Shown here: positions 54,862-64,000 of the stretch, in pieces
How the letters are laid out: every line of letters begins with the position of its first letter
Position numbering within the stretch: position 1 is the first letter of the stretch
Source of the DNA: Trypanosoma brucei
Taxonomy: Eukaryota
Direction of reading: 5' to 3'
DNA: 64,000 nucleotides
NCBI GenBank assembly: GCA_000002445.1
Contig: CP000069.1
Location: forward strand, 480,001-544,000
Notes under the pieces: generated by a model
Databases searched by the model: none
What the model was told of the DNA's origin: nothing
The model's input: only the letters and a program-made list of their open reading frames with translations
Position numbers and translations under genes: made by a program

Positions 54862-55806
54862 TTAAAAAAGGAAACCAGAACACCACGTGTCGTAAATACT
54901 GTCTGCAATGGGACGGTTCTGTTCGATACGTCCCTCACGAAGGCACTTTTCAATACACTCGCGTGTCATGGAACCTGGGGACACAAGTGGCCTCCCATCA
55001 GGCGTTTTCGCACCTTCCGCTCCTTTTCTGAGAATATCTGCAAGTTCCTCTTCGGTGTATAATGTGGGGAATTGAGAAGAAATGAGGCTTCTCACCTTAT
55101 CCTCATCCACTTCAGGATGAAATTGCATTCCCAGAGCAAACTGATCCCCAACCTGAAAGGCTTGATTGGCACAATATGCCCCGGTTACAATTCGGCGAGC
55201 ACCTTGTGGGATGGTGAAGGAATCCGTGTGAATATGAAACGCATCGAAGCGTTTCCGTCCACCGAACCAATCCTTCACATCCTCCGCCTCCTCCACCACC
55301 ATTTCATACCAACCAACTTCAATATTTTCTGAAAGCACAATGCGGCCGCCCAGCGCACTTGAAAGCAACTGGCCTCCGAGGCAATGCCCAATGACGGGAA
55401 TCCTCTTCTCCAAGCACGACCGCATGAGGGAGCGAATCGATTCAAAGTAGGATAATTCATCATTAACACTCATCGAGCCACCAAAGCTCGCCACGGCACG
55501 GATGCGGCAATCCTCCGCAACATTGGAAGATACGGGTGCTAAAGAGGTTGAGGTTGTTACTAATGATTCAGATTCAGTGCTGGGAGCTGCTGTGGAATTA
55601 ACCAGACACGGTACATAATGATGGGGCTTGTTTGCCACCGGTAGGCACCGAATCGTCTCACCAGCAGCTTTGGGCACAAGCGAAGCAACCCGTTCTTCCC
55701 AGCAACGAAACATGACAAAATCCATTCCTCTAGTGACGAGATACTTTATCATATATGCGCCGGTGTCTTGTTCTTCGTGGAGAAGCATCACAATCACGGG
55801 CCGCAT
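54862..55806 (-). CDS. Class-I glutamine amidotransferase-like (GATase1 fold) protein, 314 aa.
   Basis: Nucleophile-elbow-like IPVIGHCLGGQLL and downstream MQFHPE, a Cys...His-x-Glu arrangement typical of GATase1. ATG confirmed. Confidence 0.55.
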   Translation of the reverse strand: MRPVIVMLLHEEQDTGAYMIKYLVTRGMDFVMFRCWEERVASLVPKAAGETIRCLPVANKPHHYVPCLVNSTAAPSTESESLVTTSTSLAPVSSNVAEDCRIRAVASFGGSMSVNDELSYFESIRSLMRSCLEKRIPVIGHCLGGQLLSSALGGRIVLSENIEVGWYEMVVEEAEDVKDWFGGRKRFDAFHIHTDSFTIPQGARRIVTGAYCANQAFQVGDQFALGMQFHPEVDEDKVRSLISSQFPTLYTEEELADILRKGAEGAKTPDGRPLVSPGSMTRECIEKCLREGRIEQNRPIADSIYDTWCSGFLF

Positions 55807-56814
55807 TTTCCTTTTTGTTCTTTTTTGGTTAAGTATTTTTTTTTTAATTAATTTTACCTATGCTACAGCCTTTCTGTCTTTTCCTGCCCTTTGGTTTCCT
55901 TACAGCGCGCAAGGCCTGAAACATCGCATATACAGTTGGTTCCATGAAAAGCGGAAGAAAATCACGTATGTTTGAGATAGTGCAACATATTCATTAGTGT
56001 TTCTTACGTTCCACCAAAAAGAAAACAACAACAACAACAATAGTAACCACAGGTAGCACAATGTAACAAAATATAAAAATGGTATAACAGCAATACAGAA
56101 CTCGTCACAATTCCATGAAAATTGGATAGTGTGGTGGCATGGAATGCATCGGTATGTGTGAGTGAAGAGAATCAATCAGAGGGTGAGATAGAATCACCTT
56201 GTAGCTGCCTTCACATTATTCCTTCGTGAAGGCGCCAATAAAAATTCAGTAGTTTTTCTTTTTTCTTTTCCCCCTCTCAAAAAACCTTCCATATGGGTCT
56301 ATCCTCTTCTCTTCAGTTCACGCGCACATGATCGCTAGTCACTTCTTCCTTTTTCATCCTTCATATATCCATATCTTCTCTCAGTCAGTCCTTTTCACAC
56401 AACCTTTTTTTCTTTTCTTTTTCTTTCATTCGCTCCTCTCCAACGCTTACGCCTCTCCTTCCCCTCCTTTCGTCCAGTTTACCTTCCAGCCATCAATTTC
56501 TCCTTTTTCCCCCCCTTTCCCTTCCAATTATCTCGCACGTTTCTCCTTTGGTTTCCCTTTCATATCAACAACCAACCATGCCAACCCGCACCTCATCATC
56601 ATCACCTCATATCCGCTCCTCCTCTCTCCCTCCAAAACAAAAGGAAGAAGCAGAAGAAAAAAAAAAAAGGAAGTTAATAAACGGTTCATTTGGCGGTTTG
56701 GAAGGTAAGCAATAACAAAACGTTAATAGCGACGGTGGCAGTAATAACACAATAGCAACAAGTGGAAGCAGACACGGCGTGACTAACGTGTAAATATGGC
56801 GAAACGATCACCAC

Positions 56815-57975
56815 CTAAAAGCTGTAGTTAAGGAAGTAAAACTTGAACGACAATGTAATAAGGAGATGAAGCACAGCAACCAGCCCCGACAACCCAAGAT
56901 GCCACTGTGCGGGTAGCATTGCTTTCCACAGCTTTCCGAAATTCGTGAGCAGGTACGCAGTTGAAAGACCACCGCCCATCAGTACAAGAAACCACTGAAC
57001 AAATGATATAGGAATAGCACATAGGATTGTAATAGGAATAAAAACAAACATGCTGTAACCGTAGAGACATAGTGTGTCTGTTAGTGACAAGGGTAGACTT
57101 TTAAACCTCATCACACCCCACAGAATACAGCTGAAGCCAAAGCAGTAGAGGTAAATAACAAGACTCGCTATGGATGCCATAGTGAAATCATATGTCCACT
57201 TCTTGTCATGGTTGGGATTCCTACCATATTCAATGCGGCTCATGATGTTGCTCACAATACCGAGCAACATCCACAATGTGGTACAAATCCAAAATGGACC
57301 GTAGAGGTCAGGTTTAACGGTGTTTGCGGTATCCTGACCGTCGGTCGCCACATCAGCAAGTGATCCGGTACCTGCTACCCATGTGTGATTCTTCATATAA
57401 TCGGGTGTCATGGTGGGGATAAGTGAATCCCTCATGCGGTTGAGCACAACTTCAGTGGTTACATCAAAAAACTGCTGATAGAATTCGATGGTCCAAATCT
57501 TCATCGACGGTTGTGCAAAGATTTCGCCCCCTTGTTGCTGTTGAAGGGGAGGAGGTGGTGATTGGCTTCCGTAAGTTCCACCAGGCACACCGGCAGGAGG
57601 AACCATTCCTGTGGGTGACGGAGACATCTGAGGTCCTGATGGTTGTCCTCCATATGTGCCAGTGACACCCGCAAACGGTTGATTTGGTTGAGCGTATGGC
57701 TGAGGTGACGGTTGACTCATTGGAGCGTACGGTTGAGGCGGCTGCCCGTATGACGCAGCTGTTGGTTGAGCCATTGGAGGTTGGAAAGGCGTTGCAGCTG
57801 TTGGTTGACTCATTGGAGCGTACGGTTGAGGCGTTTGCCCGTATGACGCAGTCGTTGGTTGAGCCATTGGAGGTTGGAAAGGCGTTGCAGCTGTTGGAGG
57901 TGCGGCAACCGGTGCAGGGGAGCCACCAAACTCCTTGAAGGGGTCAAACGGTTCATCACTTCTACTGGCTGCCAT
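56815..57975 (-). CDS. Yip1-domain family membrane protein, 386 aa, with a Pro/Gln-rich cytosolic N-terminus and a multi-span C-terminus.
   Basis: N-terminal repeats (ATPFQPPMAQPTxASYGQxPQPYAPMSQP twice). Yip1 signature DLYGPFWI followed by ~5 hydrophobic helices. ATG confirmed. Confidence 0.65.
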   Translation of the reverse strand: MAASRSDEPFDPFKEFGGSPAPVAAPPTAATPFQPPMAQPTTASYGQTPQPYAPMSQPTAATPFQPPMAQPTAASYGQPPQPYAPMSQPSPQPYAQPNQPFAGVTGTYGGQPSGPQMSPSPTGMVPPAGVPGGTYGSQSPPPPLQQQQGGEIFAQPSMKIWTIEFYQQFFDVTTEVVLNRMRDSLIPTMTPDYMKNHTWVAGTGSLADVATDGQDTANTVKPDLYGPFWICTTLWMLLGIVSNIMSRIEYGRNPNHDKKWTYDFTMASIASLVIYLYCFGFSCILWGVMRFKSLPLSLTDTLCLYGYSMFVFIPITILCAIPISFVQWFLVLMGGGLSTAYLLTNFGKLWKAMLPAQWHLGLSGLVAVLHLLITLSFKFYFLNYSF

Positions 57976-58547
57976 GGAACAGTGTCTCTTTTTCTCCTTA
58001 CCTAATCACTCGTTACTTTCTTTCCCCTCCTTGCCTTGTCTAATAATAAGGTTCCCCTTTTGGTGGTGGAGCTCGGGTGCAGTACTCCTTTTTTTTTCTT
58101 CTCTCTTTTTACCCTTTTAGGTCCGTAGTGGTGAAATGGCCGTGTCTTATAGATTTGGAGGTAGTGGCGGCACTTTTCCTTCGGTTCTTTACATGAACAG
58201 AAGAAGGATTGACATCAAGGGGAGAGCAGTAGGAAGGTAAGATGTACATGAGAAGGGAGAAAAATCAGAAATAAAGAAACCAACCTCTGAATACAACTGC
58301 TGTTGACGAAGTTGCAACCCTCTACACGTTGACGCTGCTATTCGTTACGTCCAGCTACCTCTCTTTTTTTTTTTTTTGAAAAAAAAGTAAAAAAAGTAAA
58401 AAAAATAAAAACACAGACTCACACATGAGACCCAATATTTGTTTGCGGGAACGTAGCTATAGCTCTCCCACTGAGGCAAGTTTCTTTACGCTTCATCGTG
58501 GCTGAAGCTTACAAAATATCCGCTTTAATACATATCTGTTTCTGTAT

Positions 58548-58568
58548 TATATATATATATATATATAT
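58548..58568. repeat. (AT)n microsatellite
   Basis: tattatatatatatatatatatatatga. Confidence 0.85.
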
Positions 58569-59341
58569 GAATGGTGCATTACGTTAAGTGATTGGTAGAA
58601 ATGTAATTAAATACAAGCACGTATTAATTCATTCTTTTTTCTTTCGTTTTGAAGAGGTCCAATTGTATATGACCTTACTTTCGCTTTCGCTTCCGTTTGT
58701 TGGTTCCTTTTTTTTATACGTTACTTTTACGATTAACTTCGAGCTACGGTCTCGTTTCGTGACATACCGCCTTTTATTACCGACTTCAGTTATATGTTTT
58801 AATCCTCTCCACCTTCATAATCAAAAGACTCTACGCTCTCACTTATTTTTCCTCTGGAAACCTCACCTTTCACTTCTTCGATTTTTTATTTTTGTCTCCC
58901 ATTCCGCCACGCAGTCGGTTTAGCAGTTTAATCCTTAGTTGTTTCATTCTCTATTCCCGTCCACGTAAACACACCTCAGTACACATTGATATATATATAC
59001 ATATAATCGTTCTTCCTCACATTCATTTACTTCACACTCACGTACCTGAGTCAAAGCGAGACTGGCCGAATGAAAAGGATGAGAAGATAAATAGCCGTGA
59101 GTGTATGAAGAGGAGGCAATGCAGTAATGAAGACCACCATCCACGTTAATAATGATAATAACAATAATAATACTGTTGCTGTTGATGGAAGACAAATTAG
59201 GCACTTCGGTAAGTGAGAAATGAAAAGGGGGAAAAGGGCGGAGAAATCATGTTGACAGGTAGAGCAGGCTGATGCGTTGTGATGGAAGGAAAGTAAGGCA
59301 CAAAATGGTTCGCAGTAACATGAGGCTATTCGCCGTCTGAA

Positions 59342-60403
59342 TCAGCGCGCTGCGACCCGCCTCCTTTTAAGCAGCACGGAGCCAAGGTAGGTTAACGCAA
59401 CAACACTGAAGACGCTGGCAGCAGCAACGCAGAACCGCCGCGTGCGCATGTCCCTAATCTCCCGGTCGCTTCTCTTTGTTTTAAGTGCCGCATCCAATTC
59501 AATTTCCGTTGAAAGGCGGACGTCAGGGTTGTTGTACCACTCAATCAGTCCGATACCACACGTTGGGGAAAGCACTGCATGTACTAGCGCCTGCATATCC
59601 TCATCAGAAAGATTGGAGGAGCACAAATCCAACGAGTAGAGATGGCGCATGTGCTCCACGTAATGAATAAATGCGCACCTTCCCTCGGGCCCGACGTTAG
59701 CATTGCATCCAAGGTCTAAGTGTGAGAGGCGAGTGTTGCTAGTGCGAGACAACGCCTCCCCGATGGCGCTGAAACCCGTGTCGCCAATGACGTTGACGGA
59801 TAGAAAAACACTCTCTAGCCTCGAGTAGGGAGAGAGAAAAAGATAATCGGCGATATCAATGGCTCCCTCATCTCCGATGCGGTTGTCACTAATGTCGAGC
59901 GAGCGCAGCGTCGGATGAGCTCCGAGTGCTCGGGCGAGGAGTGAGGCTCCCGCATCACCAAGCATATTGAAAGCAAGGGACAAATTAGTGATGCACTTGC
60001 TGTTGAGGAGTCCATCACAGAGAGTTGGCACTCCACGCGGGGTTATGTGAGAGTTCACCAGTAAAAGTGTTTCGATACAACCTTGGTCAAGTAAATATGC
60101 GACATCCACCAGGGATTCATCGAGGATACTGTTTTCGCTTATATCAAGGTAACGCAGTTTGGGACAATGCCGAATGAGGGCCTTGCAGAGGCACTGCGCG
60201 CCAGGGGGGCCTACTCGATTGTTCTTGACGTCAAGTTCCTCCAGTTTCTTCATGCGAACGATATGTTCCCTCACCATATCCACAAAGACATCGGGAGGTA
60301 TACTGTTGCCGGAAACGTTGAACGTTCGGACGATTTCATGATTCGGCACAACCGTATCAAGTGAATGAGCTTCAAGGTCACCATATGAAAGATCAATGTC
60401 CAT
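59342..60403 (-). CDS. RNI-type leucine-rich-repeat protein with a C-terminal transmembrane tail, ~353 aa from MDIDLSYGD. The ORF-track start at 60415 is GTG.
   Basis: Repeats LRYLDISENSILDESLVD..., LRSLDISDNRIGDEGAIDIADYL..., LSHLDLGCNANVGPEG..., LYSLDLCSSNLSDEDMQALVHAV. Terminal FCVAAASVFSVVALTYLGSVLLKRRRVAAR suggests a tail anchor. Confidence 0.6.
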   Translation of the reverse strand: MDIDLSYGDLEAHSLDTVVPNHEIVRTFNVSGNSIPPDVFVDMVREHIVRMKKLEELDVKNNRVGPPGAQCLCKALIRHCPKLRYLDISENSILDESLVDVAYLLDQGCIETLLLVNSHITPRGVPTLCDGLLNSKCITNLSLAFNMLGDAGASLLARALGAHPTLRSLDISDNRIGDEGAIDIADYLFLSPYSRLESVFLSVNVIGDTGFSAIGEALSRTSNTRLSHLDLGCNANVGPEGRCAFIHYVEHMRHLYSLDLCSSNLSDEDMQALVHAVLSPTCGIGLIEWYNNPDVRLSTEIELDAALKTKRSDREIRDMRTRRFCVAAASVFSVVALTYLGSVLLKRRRVAAR

Positions 60404-61235
60404 AGTGTACTTCACAGTGAGGAAGAGCAGAATTCAAGGGGGGGAGAAGGCCCAAAACAAAGTTAACAAGCATCTACTACGGTGAAAGATAGCAAGCACC
60501 CCAAACCGTCATAATAATCGAATTTTCCTCGGTGAATAATAATAATTTCAACGGCAACAAACCATGCATACGCATTTACGGGATGATTGTGAACGAAAAG
60601 GAATCAGCGAATTGTAGGAGGTCCACAGACAAACCGTGCCAAGCATGCGTACTACACTCCTACGAGCAGATCCCTTTTGTCTCTTTAAAAAAATAAAAAA
60701 TAAACAAGCAACGGCGCCGCAGTGCGGAAGAACCAACAGAGAACAGTGGAGAGATGCAACAACAAACGGTGAATAATGGAACTTGCAAACACTTGACAAA
60801 AGCGAATGCTCTCCTGTAACTGCAACCTTGCACAGATAAACAGTTCGCAATGCATGTACAGGGAGTTCAAGCGGTAGAGGCGTCAACATTGACCAAAGTT
60901 GGTAGATAAATGAACAGAAATAACAAATGACGACAAAGATTCCTTGCATTAGACGGCGGCTTTCAGATTTCGTAATAAACGTGACGAACCAATGAGCTCC
61001 AACAGCCTTGACCAAGTAGGCCCAACGAACGGCAGTCTATACATGGCGAGGAATAATTAAGCAGCCAAATGAAAGCAACACGAAACAGCAGTTAATGCGC
61101 TACTTGCCGATTGCACGTATCATCACACTAACCAGTTTGGCGCGCCCACCCATTCGCAAGCCGCTCTCTCCCGTTCTTTCCTCAAATGTTTCATTCCTTC
61201 CTGATAATGTTTCTCCCTTTTAATTCCGCCACAGT

Positions 61236-62987
61236 TCACACGGCTTGCTTTACTTTCTCTGTTTCGATGGCCGCGGCTCGCACACTGCACCACTCAAGAC
61301 AACGGTTACCGATGCGCTCCAGACCCCTACGAAGTACTTTACAAAGGGTTACGTTACGTGTGTTGGTGACGATATCGTCGGTGACTTCCTCCGCTAGTGC
61401 TTCGGAGCCGGCGCTTCCTTCACAGCCTTCCGCATGGTCAACATCACCATCTGGATCTGTGGGAAGTTCAATTATGCAACGGACTGTTTCAGCAATTACC
61501 GCAATGATTTCCAGTTCGGTGCAGTGGCTAACTCTGGTGAAGGGACCATGGCGCTCCAAACTCGCAAATTCCTCGGCCTGTGCCAGGTGTATACGCATCA
61601 ATGCAATCAGGGCAGGTGGCGGTATACCACTGTAACCTATCCAACAAGAACCCGCGAGATGAAGCGAGTACTTTTGAACTAAACTGGCCCTACGCTTATC
61701 CCACTCCTTATCAATATCCAGGGTGTGAGAAGCATCAGTAGCTATAGCTGAAGTGCGAGCACATTCTCCGCCATCAGCCTCGTGAACATCAAAGGGAAAC
61801 GGTAATTTGTCGTGTTCGTTATCATCGAGAACAAACCCATAATGTTGCAGCAGCTCCCAATTCTGCAAAGGGCCATAGCTCATTCCAAGTTCTCGCCCCA
61901 CATCTTCTCTCGTTAAACCTGCACCAACTTGCATAACAAAATCCCCTCCACATGGTTCCACCCTCCGTATTAGCACGTCAGGATGATTACTGTGGTTAAT
62001 CATATCTGCACAGGGCACTAGGGCCAGAACGACGCGCCCGTCGACGTTAAGGTTAAAAGCACGTGAGTCGAAAACCGCTCGAGCCCACATGATGTTTTCA
62101 ATGGTGAAGTGCCCCATGAATTCCTCTCTTTCAATTCCTGAGCAGCCCTCAAGTGCGTCGTAAATTAGTGGTAGAACGCTTGTAACTTCCGTGTGAAATT
62201 GCCGTAGTCTCTCTTGTTTCGCAAGTACATCATCCAACACATCCAAACCATAAAGACCAGATAAGTCGTTCCAGTTCCAATAAGACGGAACCGTTGGAAA
62301 ATCAGTCGGGCACGAAAGAAGCAGATCCTTCCAGTGTGAAGTGCGCGCCACGAAGCGCTCGTAGATGAGAGCTAGCACCAGAAGTTGTTCCTCTCCTCCA
62401 ATTATATCGCTAAGTTCAGGCGAGTCGTGAATGACACGACCCAAGTCACAAAAAACTTTCACAGAATCAACAAAAAACATACGTTTACGCGATACGCGTA
62501 GGAGTTCACCAAAAGGTTCAAGTGTTCCGTTACAAACAATTAGACCTTCCTTCCCCTCAGTCGCTGGTACGATAAGATATGGGCAATCTTCACTGTCACG
62601 ACACTGCTTTTTTGCCTCCGCACGTGGGTGTGCTTGCGTCGGTGGCGGCTTCACTACAGCAGTAACGTGCTTGTGAAGTTCAACCCTCAAGGTTGTAGCA
62701 GCGGGCTCATCAACACTGTCCTCCAGCCGAACCCGCAGCAACTTGACAGCAAGTTGTTCGTTCCACATGTCAACCGGTTTCTGAAAAGAGTCAGTGAATG
62801 ACTCAGATATGTGCTCCCATACCACACGCCTGTCAGCAACAATGATGCGACACATCCAAAGAAGACGAAGAAATGGGCTTAGTTCACTTTTCTCAATAAC
62901 CTCCAGCTTAAGGTAGAAGCGTTTCACAGGGGCGCACTCGCTTGTGTCAAGCTCGCGCCAGAACCACTGCCTAAGTTCCTCTGGCAT
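61236..62987 (-). CDS. SET-domain protein, 583 aa, of the Rubisco-LSMT/SETD3-like type, a putative protein-lysine methyltransferase.
   Basis: ...RVVLALVPCADMINHSNHPDVLIRR...DFVMQVGAGLTREDVGRELGMSYG... resembles the SET core (xPxxDMxNH ... Y). ATG confirmed at 62985-62987. Confidence 0.55.
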   Translation of the reverse strand: MPEELRQWFWRELDTSECAPVKRFYLKLEVIEKSELSPFLRLLWMCRIIVADRRVVWEHISESFTDSFQKPVDMWNEQLAVKLLRVRLEDSVDEPAATTLRVELHKHVTAVVKPPPTQAHPRAEAKKQCRDSEDCPYLIVPATEGKEGLIVCNGTLEPFGELLRVSRKRMFFVDSVKVFCDLGRVIHDSPELSDIIGGEEQLLVLALIYERFVARTSHWKDLLLSCPTDFPTVPSYWNWNDLSGLYGLDVLDDVLAKQERLRQFHTEVTSVLPLIYDALEGCSGIEREEFMGHFTIENIMWARAVFDSRAFNLNVDGRVVLALVPCADMINHSNHPDVLIRRVEPCGGDFVMQVGAGLTREDVGRELGMSYGPLQNWELLQHYGFVLDDNEHDKLPFPFDVHEADGGECARTSAIATDASHTLDIDKEWDKRRASLVQKYSLHLAGSCWIGYSGIPPPALIALMRIHLAQAEEFASLERHGPFTRVSHCTELEIIAVIAETVRCIIELPTDPDGDVDHAEGCEGSAGSEALAEEVTDDIVTNTRNVTLCKVLRRGLERIGNRCLEWCSVRAAAIETEKVKQAV

Positions 62988-63496
62988 GGCTCTTTATTTT
63001 CTTTAAAACACTATGAGTAGGCATTTGAAGAACAAATCAATGACAATAAAGAACAAAAAAGCGGAGGTTAAGGGGACCTCAACGCAAAAGCGAAGTATAC
63101 CGGGAGTTTTCTTTTTCTTACAAAAAGCGAGAAGGGCGGTAAAAGAGGGGCCGACAGAACCCCACTCACACACTTGCCATGCCCGCTGTGGGGATAAAGG
63201 GAACGGAAAAGGAGCGTCAAATAAAAAGTCCCTTGGAACCGTGTTCACCAGGTGAAACAAAAGCAGGAGGAACACACGTACACACAAACGTTCTCGTCGT
63301 TAGTCTTATTCCCTTGGACCCCCCAAAGTACAACGATTATGTAATTTCGTTTTAGCACTACCCCCTCCCCTGCTTGCAGGTCCCTCAATTCGTATATTAA
63401 AATAATATAAAAGAAGAAAAATGCCCATGTGCGTGTGCGTATGCGTTTGTTGAAAACGACAAACAGTTACCGATCTGAGGATGATTGGGGAGATTG

Positions 63497-64000
63497 TCAT
63501 GGCTTGGTCTCCTTAATCTTGCAGTTGGCCATGCGCTCTAACACGCCAATGATAGCAGAGTTGTCCAAATCACCTTCGCCGTGTTGCAACATCGACTGGT
63601 ACAACTGTGTATTCACAGCTGTGCTTGGCATGGGCACACCAAATTCCCTCGCGGAATCCATTACGATGTTAAGGTCTTTGGTTTGGAGCGCTGCCTTAAA
63701 GCCAGGTTCTCTGTTACCAACGAAAAGACGTTGCGGTTTTACGTCCAGCGCCCAGCACTGCGCGGATCCACCTCTCACTGCATCGATGACCTTCTGACCG
63801 TCCACTCCGCATTTCTCAGCGAAGACTAACATTTCCCCCATTGCCACCATCTGCGCTGCGATCATGATTTGGTTTGCTGCCTTGCACACTTGTCCAGCAC
63901 CTGAGACTCCAATATGTGTGATGGTCTTCCCCATCGCTTGAAGCACTGGCCTGACTTTCTCAAGCACCTCGGGATCACCACCCACCATAATTGTCAACGT
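63497..64000 (-). CDS. 3-hydroxyisobutyrate dehydrogenase / 2-hydroxy-3-oxopropionate reductase family protein, C-terminal ~166 aa only. The N-terminus lies beyond the right edge of the window.
   Basis: ...MTIMVGGDPEVLEKVRPVLQAMGKTITHIGVSGAGQVCKAANQIMIAAQMVAMGEMLVFAEKCGVDGQKVIDAVRGGSAQCWAL... is typical of the 6-PGDH/HIBADH C-terminal domain. The ORF is still open at position 64000. Confidence 0.7.
   Translation of the reverse strand, partial: TLTIMVGGDPEVLEKVRPVLQAMGKTITHIGVSGAGQVCKAANQIMIAAQMVAMGEMLVFAEKCGVDGQKVIDAVRGGSAQCWALDVKPQRLFVGNREPGFKAALQTKDLNIVMDSAREFGVPMPSTAVNTQLYQSMLQHGEGDLDNSAIIGVLERMANCKIKETKP

Overview
The window reads as nuclear DNA of an African trypanosome (Trypanosoma brucei-like). 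The evidence is long same-strand gene runs without introns, short AT-rich intergenic spacers with strand-asymmetric polypyrimidine tracts, and the gene order cyclin, LRR, alkyl-DHAP synthase with C-terminal AHL, mitochondrial-type LysRS, NPA/NPA aquaglyceroporin of 321 aa, and HIBADH-like. From memory this order matches the T. brucei chromosome 6 region around Tb927.6.1460-1570, seen reverse-complemented; this is recollection, not a database search. Almost all genes from ~7.6 kb to the right end lie on the minus strand as one polycistronic unit, so there are no bacterial operons or CRISPR. The dominant feature is a five-unit, ~3.9-kb tandem array (~7.1-26.5 kb). Each unit carries one ~345-aa secreted, apparently GPI-anchored, Pro-hinge-containing surface-protein gene and one divergent cyclophilin-like gene that appears catalytically degenerate. 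The surface-protein copies are mosaic: invariant ends and a variable middle. Left of the array is a convergent strand-switch region, then one plus-strand surface-protein-like gene (4320-5252), then ~4 kb with no convincing ORFs. Right of the array are 18 minus-strand housekeeping or hypothetical genes. The six-frame ORF track labels some non-ATG codons (GTG/TTG) as M; where I could verify this against the sequence I give the first true ATG instead.
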